A stretch of 62,970 nt of DNA, filler included. It is 14 parts of 14 records of this genome, joined end to end, with 100 filler letters (N's around TTAATTAATTAA, not from the genome) between each part and the next. Parts side by side here need not be neighbours in the genome. Positions count along the whole stretch, not along the records: positions 1 to 3,917 come from SRR15195285_7002; positions 4,018 to 7,656 come from SRR15195285_7004; positions 7,757 to 11,904 come from SRR15195285_7010; 11 more parts are not named here. The stretch is one strand, 5' to 3'. Below, in pieces: positions 1 to 12,004 of this stretch. Under the pieces are notes generated by a model, which was given only the letters and a program-made list of their open reading frames with translations, was not told where the DNA came from and did not search any database. The position numbers and the translations under genes were made by a program. How positions within the stretch are numbered: position 1 is the first letter of the stretch; every line of letters starts with the position of its first letter.

Positions 1-576
1 GGCGTCGATGGCGTCGACGAAGCTCGTGCGCGCACCCCGCCAAACCCCCTTTCAACCCCACCCCTACTACGGTGTAGCGGTCGCGCGGCCGAGCGACACT
101 ATCGAAGGGTCTGACGGCGACCATCCACACCTTCTCTGCCCCCTACAAGGGCAGCATGGGCAGCGCTGGGGGGGCGCACCATCATCAGCGTCCGCGCCAG
201 GTGCGCCGGCCGTGGCGTGCCATGCATCCGCTCACCAGTTTCATGAATCACAGGCGATTGCGGTACATGTTGACTCAGCTCTGACTGTAATTCTGCAACC
301 CGAGCGCCAAATCGATCCCCAGTCAGAATCCCAGTCGAGCGACTCTCTCGCGATGCATTTCAATCGGTACGTGTATGACATGGACGATGGGTGGCGCAGG
401 CACGGTGCCGACGACCGTGGTCACGGCCGCGGGCGGCGGCGCCGGAGGCCGCGCGTGTGCAGAGCGTTCGCATCGTGTTCGTGTGCACCAGGCTGGGCGT
501 GGGGCGCCGTCTCTGCTGTGGGACCACAGTTGTACACCGCGTGGCACTCTGTTTAGAAGAGAGGTTGCTGCTGACG

Positions 577-2155
577 ATGGCGGTGGATGAGGCGGCGATC
601 CTGGCGGAGCTGCGGACGCTGATCACGCCCGCCTCGGTGGACGGTGAGCGCGCTGCCCACCAGCTCCTATCGCTGTAGCTATGAGGATGGCTCATGCCTT
701 GGTTGCCAGCTCCGATCGCTACTATAGCTCCTGTAGCTCATGTAGCTCGCTGGGTGGTTCTGTGATGCTCGCCGCGATCGTTGCGCTGTGCAGAGCTCAG
801 CATGAAGAAGCTGATGAAGGCGCTGAAGACCAAGTTCGGCGAGGTAGGCGTGCAACGGCGGGCGCATCTGCGTGCCCGCAAGGAACTGAGCGCCTCGCGC
901 GCTGTGCGTACGCTGGTCAGGGAGTGCGAGCCCAGAAGCCATGGATCTCAGATCAGGTGACGTCCATCGTCAAGGAGCTCTCGGCGGGGAAAGCAACTGC
1001 AACAGACGAGGCTGGGTCAGGGCCAGAGCAAGCTGTCACGGAGAAGCAGCCGGCCGAAGAGGCAGCAGCGCCCACCGCGGCGGTGGAGGAGCAGAAAGCG
1101 TCGCCTGCTGGGGAGTCGGAGCCCAAGGTAGCAGAAACCGGCAGCCTCGTCGTCGAGGGTGTCGCGCTGGAGGGCCTGTGGCTCAGCAGCGCTGGCAAAG
1201 CCATGCTAGTCTGCAAAGGTCGCACTGTCACGTTTGTCAGCTCTGGCAAAACTTACGCTCTAACGCTGTCCGAGGGCGGCGTGTGCCAGATGGACGGATG
1301 GACGCTCGTCCCGGGGCAGAGCAACGCGAGCACGCTGCGGTGGGAGCAGGGAAATGAGGTGATCACCTGGGAGTTCGAGGGGTCAGTCGATGAAGCGCCG
1401 CCAATCGGTACGGACCAACCTGTCGCCACCAGCAAGCAGGCGTGCGGGCTTGGGCTCGCTCTCGCTCGTATGACAGATTTCGTGGTGATTCCGATTCCTG
1501 CTGTTGTATGCGTAGGTGCTGGTGCGAGCCCTGGACCTGTGCGTGACGCGACTGCAACGCGCAGTAAGCGCAAACGCAACTCTGTAGATTACGTAGCGAT
1601 GAACAGAAGGATGAAGGGACTTGGCTCAGGCGGCGGTATTGGTGGTGGTGGCGGCGGCGGCGGCGCCACGGGCGGTGGCGGCAGTGGCGGCGGCGGTGGT
1701 GGCGACAGTGCTGGATTGCTCTCACTAATGCAAGCGCATAATGATGATGACGACGATGATGGCGACGTAGATGCAAAGGAGCTTGAGATGGCGGAGAAGC
1801 GACGGAAGCTCGCGGAGAAGCCACTTGTGGATGCTACAGCGGTCGCTGCGGCAGGTCGGAGCCTGGAGGTAGTGAAAGGCGACCCAGCGATGATAACTGT
1901 AGGTTCCTCGCACTTTTCCTGCTTTTCACTTAATCCTGGCTCCGGAGTCCGACTCACATGGAGCACTTGATGGCCTAGGTTGTCCTGAAGCGGCTGGAGT
2001 CGTACCCAATGGATGTTGAGACCATGTCGTCCTCCGGGATAGCGAAGGCAATTAAGCCTTTCAGAAAGCATAGCAACGCTGATGTCGCAGGCTTGGCATC
2101 AAAGCTCTTCAAAAGCTGGAAAGGTGTCGCAGCTGCAGCTGGCGTTGGTAAATGA
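577..2155 (+). CDS. DEK-C domain + TFIIS N-terminal (TND/Med26-like) domain protein, multi-exon
   Basis: Splicing GT-AG introns 644-793, 844-920 and 1899-1978 (plus a possible in-frame one at 1408-1515) gives MAVDEAAILAELRTLITPASVDELSMKKLMKALKTKFGEGVRAQKPWISDQVTSIV, which is DEK-C-like. The last exon reads VVLKRLESYPMDVETMSSSGIAKAIKPFRKHSNADVAGLASKLFKSWK, the TFIIS-N pattern. All intron phases are consistent. Confidence 0.7.
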
Positions 2156-2422
2156 GGCATGTTGGCGAGAGTGCACCATGGACCCGAATTTCTGGTCACT
2201 GTCATCACTTTATTTCTCATGTACTGCGGCAGCCATATCGACAGTTCACAGTAGCCCCCCAGGAGGGCAGCCAGGGCGGGTGGATCCACTTGGGCAGATT
2301 TGATGCACGACCGGGCACCCACCATCAGCCGAGTCCTCACTGACACAACGCATTATCAACGTTTTTCTCAGTCTCAACACTGATCCCCACAAGAAAGCTC
2401 CATAAATGCAATCTAGAAATCA

Positions 2423-3852
2423 CTAGAGGTCTTGATGGACGCACCCTTGGAAGGCCTTCATCCACGGGACGGAGAGCTGCGTTGGGGACATCCTCCGTGA
2501 AGTGTCGGAGTAGCATTTGAGGTAGCAGTCGGTCATCTTGGCATCCGTGCAAGTTGGTGGCGTGCACGCTGTCGGCAAATCATGTCTAAGATCCCCAAAA
2601 CTTGATCCAAGATGCACGTTTCAACAGAGTGCAAGGCACGGAGGCGCACCAGGGCACGCGGCGAAGCACGCCTTCGCGTCACTGTCGAACACCTCGATAT
2701 TAGTGTCGATGCGTTCGTACAGACACGATGCGTTGATCGCCTTTTCGATTTCGCGAAGCTTCCACGTACAGCCGGAGCCATCGCCGATCTTTTGGGCGCC
2801 AGTACATTCACCCATAGCTGGGTTCGAATACCAAATGCCGAAGTGACTCCCACCGTAACTACTGTAGCCACTCATGTTGCGGAGACCCATCGTTTGGTTC
2901 ATGCGCTTGCAGTTGCATGGTGGCGGCGGTGGTGGCCCCGGATGCGGGCGTGGAGTGTACTTATGGCTGCCGGAGATGCCGCCCACACAGTGACTCGCAT
3001 GTGCACCATACTGGAAGGTCTGGCAGGTGCCGTTCACGTACGTCCAGGAGTGCGCGTCACTCTTCGTGGCGGTCTCACAGCAGTCGGCCAGTGACGCGGC
3101 CTTGACAGGCTGTGTGCTCCCACCTGTGAAGCAGTAACCCTCATAGCCCGAGAATCCGGCAGAACACTGCAAGGGAAAGTTTGGCGGTGGGTGCCCCCCT
3201 CCACCGCCGCTGAAACTCAGACGATTGAGACAGTCCCAGCCGACGTTGATGCCCGCAGCCACGGAACTCGGATCGCTGGAGTTGAGTGGGTTGCAGTACT
3301 GGTACCTAGCATCGGCATCGCGCCGCGAAATGTCAGAAATCAGTGTCTCCACGCGTGCACGCATCTGCGGACAGACTAGTGGCTACGTACGGGCCGAATT
3401 TGCCGTCGAAGTCGATGGACACCTGCAGTACAAGGTCTGTGCAGTTCGGTACGTCGCCTTGGAATTGCGCCATCCCGGAGCCACACTGATAGGAGCTTGG
3501 GTTCTGGCGACACTCGTAGGCCTGCGTGCGGCGCGAGATGACGAAACTGGTGTCTCCGGGCACATTGCCTGTGTTCTTGTTGGTCATGTCTGCATGCACG
3601 GCGAGGCACGTGAGCCAGACGGCACGCAGCGGCAGGCCGAGGTGCATGGGCTCGGAGCGTACCAACCACACCGAACTGCGTCATCCGGAACAGCTCCATC
3701 GTCTTCTGCCCAACGTCCGCAATGTCGCAGCTGCCATCGCAGAAGGTCGCACACGTGCACTTGCTCCCAGCGAACGGGTCCATACCATGATGCTGCCCGG
3801 ACGCAGTCGCCCCAAGCAGCGCCACGACGAGCGCAGGTGAGCGCAGCGCCAT
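2423..3852 (-). CDS. Secreted cysteine-rich protein of unknown function, multi-exon
   Basis: Signal peptide MALRSPALVVALLGATASG. Coding segments in ORFs 3376..3891, 3333..3671, 2621..3364 and 2423..2617 join across introns. Many Cys, a poly-Pro linker and the motif WYSNPAMGEC...GDGSGCTWK. Confidence 0.6.
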
Positions 3853-3917
3853 CGCTGCACTGTTCCGCCCAGTGTCGTTTGCGTCCTCCACGCAGCTGTC
3901 CCTGCAGCAGCTGGCCC

Positions 3918-4017
3918 NNNNNNNNNNNNNNNNNNNNNNNNNNNNNNNNNNNNNNNNNNNNTTAATTAATTAANNNNNNNNNNNNNNNNNNNNNNNNNNN
4001 NNNNNNNNNNNNNNNNN
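3918..4017. other. Artificial contig spacer
   Basis: N44-TTAATTAATTAA-N44, which puts stop codons in all six frames. Confidence 0.99.
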
Positions 4018-4953
4018 AGTCCGGACGCCGACATCGCGCATGCGGAACGGATGTTCAAAAAGCTGAGCTACGTTGACGGCCGGATCGTGATCCCGAACGA
4101 CTCAACGTACGTGCAGGAGCTTCTGGATCGGGCAGAGCGCTCAATGAGAGGTGAAGAACAGTCGCATCACGTCAAGCAAGGCTCGCTAGGTCAGGATGAG
4201 GTTCTTAGCTGCCTCGGTGGCTGCTTATACGAGGAGCTGCAGAGCCTGTGGCGGCAAATGGTGAACAACGAGCGGTCTTGGTGTATGCTACAGCACGTTG
4301 TTTCAAGCGCGACTTTGACCAACGTTGAGGTCAAGGTCGACGAGAAAACGGGCGACCAGATCATGCTAGAGCTCCTAGCCGAAGAGGAGGCGCAGAAGAC
4401 GGCGGATGAACAGAAACGCAGCAAAAAGAAGCGGCAGAAGGACAAGAAGAAAGCGAAGAAGAAAGCACTCGAAGAGGAGAAGGCGAACTGCCCAGAGCCA
4501 GAGCCTGCTGCCCCACCGGAGCCGGCGCAAGCACCGAAAAGCAAGAAGGAGAAAAAGAAAGAGCAGCAGCAGAAGCAAAACAACACCAAGACTACACCGC
4601 AACAGACGTCCAAACGCTCCGGAAGTGAGAGCAGCGAAGGCAGCGAGGGCGAGGTGTTGGATCAATTCAGTTCTACATTTGCAGGCGGACTGACCCTCGG
4701 CGGCGTTGGGCTCGACGATGACCTCAGCAACGCCGAGGGCTCACTCTTCCCTGGCGAAGTCGAGGAAGGCGAAGAGGACGGGGGCCTTTCGGAGGCTGAG
4801 ATTTTGGCTTTCAAAAACAAATATGCCAGCAAGTTGAACGAGGAAAAGGAGAAGCGTGCGGAGAAGCTCCGGCAGAACTGGAATATGCGGAAAGCGCAGG
4901 GTGTGGCCACGGCAGCTGCTACCCTCGATGGTGACGTATCATATCTGAAGTAG
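4018..4953 (+). CDS. 3' part of a Lys/Glu-rich coiled-coil hypothetical protein (5'-truncated)
   Basis: The frame is open from the contig edge with GC3-rich codons. It contains LLAEEEAQK...KKKRQKDKKKAKKK. Confidence 0.6.
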   Translation, partial: SPDADIAHAERMFKKLSYVDGRIVIPNDSTYVQELLDRAERSMRGEEQSHHVKQGSLGQDEVLSCLGGCLYEELQSLWRQMVNNERSWCMLQHVVSSATLTNVEVKVDEKTGDQIMLELLAEEEAQKTADEQKRSKKKRQKDKKKAKKKALEEEKANCPEPEPAAPPEPAQAPKSKKEKKKEQQQKQNNTKTTPQQTSKRSGSESSEGSEGEVLDQFSSTFAGGLTLGGVGLDDDLSNAEGSLFPGEVEEGEEDGGLSEAEILAFKNKYASKLNEEKEKRAEKLRQNWNMRKAQGVATAAATLDGDVSYLK

Positions 4954-5300
4954 CAAACTCAGCTTAAGGAGTGGCGGGGGTAGCAGCCGGCGTGATTTAG
5001 CCTTGGCGCGTTCTAGAGTGGACGGACGGCAGCCGCAAGGCGGTATGCTCCGGCCACAACGCGCACGCCAAGCATGTGCTCAAGATCTACTACCAATGTA
5101 CTCGCATTGTTGACAGCCGGTCCCGCACAATTAATCTGCCCACAAATTATCTGCTCCGCACGACGATAATTATCTTCGCTATTCGGAAAGGCCTCCCCGG
5201 CGCGGCTGCATACTCGACCCGCTGACCGTGGTTGCTTTCACGTGGGCTCCAGTATCTCCCGCGTAACAATAACGACGAGAGCCACGCTACGAGACGATCG

Positions 5301-6718
5301 CTACGCTGTCAACGCCCACCTGTGCTCATCGGTAGATTCACTTGACAGATCGCGCATGTCCAGCAACAGCTTGCTTGACCGCAGCGGGTGTCTTGGAGTA
5401 AGCAGCCTTGCCAGCTTTCCCAGCTTTCCCAGCCTTCCCGCCTGCGTTTTTCTGGCGACGGCATCCCTTGCCGACTCGGCACTCACCGTTGGACAGCGAG
5501 TTGGTGGACCGCAGAGTCAGGCTGCGCCAACAAGCGCCGCGCGCGCACACATACACACGTCCATTACGCATATCCTGTGTTTCCTGGCGTGGAGAGTCGC
5601 ACAAGTCACACGGGAGAGTGCAATGCAAGCATACCAATGCGGGCACATTTGAAAGTGCGGGCAGGCTCCTCCGTGGATGCTCTTGCAGTGCGTGTGTGTG
5701 CATGTAAACTTCACCACTCGCCCTGTACGAGTGGCGTGCACTGGGGCTTGCAGCTTCTTCTTTCCGCCGTTGCACGAGCAGTTGAGATTGAGCACCCACT
5801 GTACATCCGACGCAGATGGTTTAGCTAGAACTCTGTCGTGGAAGTTGGGCAGCGCGATGGGCCGTGTACACGTACCTTGCCTTGGCTCTTGCGGATCGGG
5901 CAGTGCATTGGCGAATAATCCGTGCTAGTTTTGGTGGAGCGGGGAGACGAGGAGGTCCGTCCTGCAGCAGTCGGGCTCGCAGCGAGAGGAGTCACCTCCT
6001 CGTGGACCTGTGCGGCAGCATGGCATGAAACAGAGTTGCTGTCAGATACAGGCAGACTCGCATAAGCGACAGCTCCACGCCAAGTTTTGGTTTAGATGGA
6101 TTGAAAAGCAGCGCACCGGCTGCAGCTGAAACCCATTGCTGGGCAGCGGAGTCGGTGTGATTGCCGTTGGCTGGACCAGGCCGTTGGGGCTAGAGGAGGA
6201 GGCAGAGCCGCTGTCGCTATTGGTGCGTCGACGCTTCTTCGTGATCTGTGCCCCCTCTGTGGCCGCACCTGTCGTCAGATCGTCCGGCGAATCTTCCGGC
6301 TCGGAGGTGGGCGTGAAGGGCGGCAAAGTGCGCGCGACGTCGGTTGGCCACGCACTCGTCGCGGCGGCTGTGCGCGCAAAGAGACGCACACGTGTTGCGG
6401 TGAGCGGGATTGAATTACGGCAGCTGCGGTATGCGAGCGGCACGACCCCGACCGCATCAGCATACTGTCAGGGCGCCACGCACCCTGGTTTCGTGCGTAC
6501 AGCCGCGACCCGGCCCTGTCAATTGCGTCCTTGCGGTCCAGGACCACCGCGACCAGCGTCGCCAGGTCCTTGAACGAGACTGCGTTCGTATCCTCTTGCG
6601 CAGCCGCCCCGCCACCTAACGGGCTCGCCTCGACCTGCCCACCACCACTGTTCCCGAACCCCGCCCGATCGTCCGGGTGCATACGCAGCTCCCGGACTCT
6701 AGGCAACTCCCCCGCCAT
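5301..6718 (-). CDS. Possible multi-exon low-complexity hypothetical protein
   Basis: ATG at 6718 and several S/T/P-rich segments flanked by splice-like sites, with an NLS-like KKRRR. The exon structure is not resolved. Confidence 0.3.
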
Positions 6719-7656
6719 CCTGGCGTGACAAGCCGTGCGCTCACGTCTCCAGCCGAGCTTGCGCTTTGCCTACCGTACGCTCTCCCTCCGCACGCCACTC
6801 TCCCACTGTACCACACTCGGCCGCAAGGCAACTACAGCTGTACGCCTCCCTCGCCCCCTCCCAGGCGAAAAAAGGGTACGGGTCGGGCCAAGCACGTGCG
6901 CGTACCCTCACCCTCCCCCCGTTCCTCCACCCCACCCACGCAAAACCGCTCTCCCTCTCCCTTCTTCCCCTCCCTACCCTCCTATAGGACTGTCTGCGCG
7001 GCCCAGTCAGTTGTATGGCGGAGAAACAGGGCGGCCACTTCTCACAGTCAATTGGGTTGGATGGACGCGTACCCTGCCGATTTTCCGCCCGTCGCGTACC
7101 CGTCTGACGAAACCCGTCACCCACCATTTCTCGCACTTTCCACGGTAGGACATCTGAAGTTCTATTTATTTCACCGTTGGATTGGTCATATTGGGGAATT
7201 GATGGGAGGGAACAATTGCCGCGTACCGGTACGAACAATTTCCCGGTACGCGGGAAATTTCGTTCATTTTCATCCCGATCTCCGAGGTATATTATACTAC
7301 TAGTAGCATATGCAGTATTGTACAGTAGTATGGGTGGTTTGGGCCGTGCTCATCTCCCGCGTGGAGCGGAATGAATAATACGGTAGTACTTGCTAGTATA
7401 CATGTACGTACACAGTATGCTGACGCTGTCGCTGTCCAGGTCCGTGACGCACAAACAGATCTTCGATGAGATCTCCCTTCTTTTTCTATGAGAACTCCGT
7501 CGCTTGCCCAGTGATTTCGCCCAAGCTCCGCGGCGATGACGGTGTCATGGAATTCATCCATACAGCGAAGTGCCACAACTCCCGTACGAATGGCAACGAG
7601 CAGAGCCTTCTGACTAGAACTGACCTCAACTGACAGGGGGCGACGGTAGGAGACCC

Positions 7657-7756
7657 NNNNNNNNNNNNNNNNNNNNNNNNNNNNNNNNNNNNNNNNNNNN
7701 TTAATTAATTAANNNNNNNNNNNNNNNNNNNNNNNNNNNNNNNNNNNNNNNNNNNN
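7657..7756. other. Artificial contig spacer
   Basis: N44-TTAATTAATTAA-N44. Confidence 0.99.
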
Positions 7757-10700
7757 CAAACTGTCAGGTTGCTGTCGCGGCGTCTCAAACCGTCGCAGGT
7801 GTGGCCGCAGCTCTCGGGGTCGCGGAGTTGACAGAATCATATTGAGCATGGTTCTTGGCAGTGGTTGCCCACTATTGGCCATCTCTATTAGCTTGTGGTA
7901 CTCCTTCCGAAGCATCACAAGCTCCTCGTCTTCTTCTTCGTCGTCGCCCTCGTCTGCAGCGTCACGATCGCCACCTTCCAGGTGTGCCACATAACGCTTG
8001 ACTTTTGCAGCCACAGCCAGCACGTCTTCAGGCTTCTTGTCTGGATCTGGATCGATGTCAAATTCGCCTTTCGTGTCTTGTAGAAACTTTTCATGTTCCT
8101 CGAGCGGTATCAATCGGCAGAAACGCCGAGGCACAAACCCATGCTCGGACGAGCAGATTTTCTGTACGTGCCATGTGTCTTTCGCCGACACGTCAATCAC
8201 GCGTAGCTTCTCCCCTTTGCGTAGGCTGATTGGCTGCGGGCCAATTCCCGCCCCGAGATTTCCAGAGCGACCTGGCATCGGGACCAGCTCCTTGCCTCGC
8301 ATACTCTTGCGGCCGTGGGGGTCGTAAGTACTGCGTGCAATGGCGTAACCTGTGATGGCGCGGCGCCGCTGGTTGCGTTTCACCCATCGATTCAACATGC
8401 ACCACCCGCAGCAGATCAAGCAGCACCCGATGAGCACCCCGATGAACACCCCACCGCACCCTGGAAACCCGGGATACAAGTAGGCATGCCAAAAGTCCTT
8501 GCCAACGTCGTACTCCGGTACAAGCTCCTGCGCCTGCCCAAACTCGTCTTCATACTCAATGGCATCCACAGAGCCACAGAATGCTGGCAGTCCTCCCAGA
8601 TCGTACGGGCTCCACTTCACCTTCGAGCGTGGGACAGTGTCCCGCGTGCGGCAGTAGATATGCACAGGGCAACCTTGCCTCGTTGCCCCTCCAATCCCCG
8701 TGCCAGGTTCACATTCCTCCTCGCAATACTGGAATCTGTTGTCAGTACCGAGGCCTGCCACACAGAGACCACACACGCGCATCGATGGTCAAATGGAAGC
8801 CGTTTTCTTGATGTTTTGTTTTTCATCGCGAATCAAACTACTGCATAAATGCCTAGTTTTTTTGGTGCCTCTCTGTTGCTTACCACAATTGAAATTCTCT
8901 GTGAAACACCACGGACCCCTGGGGTCATCGTCTGGATTCTGGCAACCTGCAAACTTCGGCGGGCCGAAAATTGCACTCGCCACTTCCTGCGAAACATGAC
9001 AAGTAGGACGCGAAAGTTGCTTCAGTGCATGCGAGCACAGCGAGGTTCATGTCGCGATGACTAGCATTCTGTCTCATATTAGAAAACGACTAGTACAAGC
9101 TACATGCAGCACATCACACCTGTTCGTTCATCTCCTCATTGCTGTTGAGCCAGGTTGCTTCCGAGGAAACTCCGCCAAATCGTTTAAGCTCGCCAGTGGT
9201 GGTTGTTGCCCTGTACTGTCGAGAACAGAGGCACTGCTCTTCCACAAACGCCGTAGGGCCCAGGGAGCCGCGTAAGGGATCGGCCTGAGACGTAAGAACC
9301 TCCCTGTCGACAGGTTTGTAATGAGAATATTCGGTGTTCGGATCATCGGGTGAGACCCAGTGCGAAGAGGCACCATAGTCTGCATCACCTCCCGTAGCTG
9401 AACCACCTTCGGCGGTATTTGTCAAGGTATAGTAACCATCCACGCCCCACAAGTACCCGAGCTGTGTCACGAAGCCGAAGGTGCCAACGCCTGTTGCGCT
9501 CAAACCGGTTGAGAAGCCAAAGCTACTGCCTTCCTCAGGCTCCAATGTTTGGTAGCCGGTGTATGAGGCGTCGTGATCGAAGGAACATGCTTTCACCGAT
9601 TCTGCATCGTCGCCATACAGTGATATGTTCACAAACTGGCAGAATATTTGGTGCTGCCCCTGCCGGTGAATCATGTACTGACCATCACAGAGATGCTGAA
9701 TGGACTCGTCGTCGAGTTTAGCGCCTTGTGGATCTCTGCCTCCACGCAAGGTGGGTCCTGCGTTGTTCCTTGGTGGGTTGATAGTATCTTGCGTTTGGTA
9801 AGGCCGATACCTGTCTGGCTCAGACGTTGATTTGGAACCAAATGACGGATCCCACAGCTGCTCAACATTGACTTCATCCGTCGACATGAGAAAGTCGGTC
9901 CTGCCCACGCTCTCGTACACGAGGTTCCAGCCACCTCCTTCCGCGTCTAGTTCACAGTAAATCCAGCGCATCTCACACGCTGCACAGGGGCAAATCGGGA
10001 AGGCGCCGTTGTCACCACCCAACTGCCTGGCATTCTGGTTGATATACCGGAAGAATTGATCGGACAATACCTCCCCACAGTGTTGGTACGTTGGCTTGTA
10101 GACGCGGCTGCCTTTCAACCAGTCGAAAATCGACAGATAGCCGTCACTGTCACCGTCCAATGCCCCAAGCAGAGAGTCCCACGCGGCTTTATCAAGCATC
10201 CGCTCAAACGAGCCGACGTTGGAGGGTAGTTGAGACAGCGGCGTCAGTGCATGGTAACTCGGCTCGTCGAACCAAGTCGTCGTTTCGGCGGCTTCGGTAA
10301 GACTCAGCACGCCATCACAGTCAAGATCAAGGGAGTGAAACTCGTCGCAATACGTCGTGTCTTCGACGGGGCACTGCTCGTTTGCCCACGTGCGGTTCTG
10401 AGGCCCGGAACACGGCGGAAAGACGAACCTTCCGCCTGGGACCAACGGTCGTGGTGTTCGAGCAAAGAGGGTGGCTGCCAGATAATCGGTCGTGTTACGT
10501 GCGAGATCCCGAGGCTCAGGTGGATATAGCCTGTGCCTGTACGGCCTGGGGCAGTTGGCAGCACTTGAAAATTCGCCTTCAGTGCATTCGGGTTCTTCGC
10601 GGCCCACGCCTGCTCGGTACTCAGCATATGCAATCGAGTTTGGGTACGCGCGCATATCCGGAGGTGCGACACGCAGCATCGGTGGCAGTGGGCGGTTGTC

Positions 10701-11396
10701 CAACGCCATGCGAAATTCCAGCCCTCGATCATTGACGCCAAGTGACAACGCATTTCCCAGGGCAGTCGTGGTTGGGAACCACGGATACCATGCTGCAAAG
10801 TAGAACGTGACAACCCAGAAGTTGCGGTCTACAACCGTGCCTGATGAGCCTTGGCCACACCCTACACACTCTTGCCGTGTTAACGATTCGATGGATAGAA
10901 TCCGCACGCGGTCTCGCTGACGGCGCGAAACGTCCTGACGCAGCAGGTTCGGCGCCGTCGCGCGATAGGCAAGCGATCCGATCTGATCCGCCAAGCTCTC
11001 CGGTAGTGCCTCTGCAGTCTCGTTTCTAGACGGCAGCGTCAACTGCAACTCGCGGCCGTCCGGGCAACTATCGGGGACGAAACCACCACCACAGGCGCAG
11101 CAGAGTTCGACGTTGCCGCGTTCCTGGCACAGCGGGTGAGAGTCATGGTCCGGCCACTGAACGTTGTACGGGTCACCCACGTACAGCTCGGGCGCGTCGC
11201 CCACCGGCTCGTCGATCGCCGGGCACCGACCGGCCCCAAGGTCTGTGCACACAGACGGACATAGCTGTCCCTCGGGCAGCCCCGGCGTCTGAGAGCGCAC
11301 CTCCCACGCGAGCAGCGCAGCGAACGCCCACCAGGCGGATCTCGCAAACAACTGCGTGGTGGCGCAGGGGCATGCCCGTGCCCACCACGGCGCCAT
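7757..11396 (-). CDS. Type I membrane protein: EF-hand pair, fibrinogen-C-like start, kringle-like domain, TM, cytoplasmic SH3 (3'-truncated)
   Basis: Signal peptide from ATG 11396. EF loops DLDCDGVLSLTE and DGDSDGYLSIFD, then IYCELDAEGGGWNLV. Introns 9119-8987 and 8883-8755 give CQNPDDDPRGPWCFT...NRFQYC. TM helix GGVFIGVLIGCCLICCGWCML, then SH3-like AIARSTYD...ISLRKGEKLRVID...TWHV...GFVPRRF. Confidence 0.75.
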
Positions 11397-11904
11397 CCAA
11401 TCCGCCGCCGGAGCCCTCAGGCCAATCCCAGCATCCAGTACAGCGTTACGCCCAACCAAATGACATGGCTGCAGCTGACGTACTCCGGTGGTCCCTCCCA
11501 GTCTACTGATGCGGCACGTTCCACGTGCTCGCCAAGGGGAGGCAGCGCCCTCAGCAGCACTGCTGCACGGCCAGCATCGGCACGGCCATCGCTGGCGCCA
11601 GGCCGGTGGGTGGGCGCCGCCGAGAAATTGGAATTGCATGGTCTCGCGATCCCCTTCCGATCACCGCCCAAGGGCGGTAGGATTAGCCTGTTTCAATACA
11701 CTCCGGTGCATGAATTACGGTCCTCAGTGCACCTGAATCGGACATTTTAGGCATGAACATCGTCTCCCCCCCTATAATAAAAGTTATATAACAGATCTAA
11801 GAAAACTAAGGGTGTCTAGATGTATAGAAGTGGGTCTACCTGGGATTGGCCTTTTTAATTCCTTTTAAATCTTTTTTTGACACCGGGCATAAGGCCTTAT
11901 GCCC

Positions 11905-12004
11905 NNNNNNNNNNNNNNNNNNNNNNNNNNNNNNNNNNNNNNNNNNNNTTAATTAATTAANNNNNNNNNNNNNNNNNNNNNNNNNNNNNNNNNNNNNNNN
12001 NNNN
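11905..12004. other. Artificial contig spacer
   Basis: N44-TTAATTAATTAA-N44. Confidence 0.99.

Noticed and set aside
8-556. 182-aa ORF at the window start
   Set aside because: No recognisable motif and several overlapping GC-driven frames; I could not define a gene.
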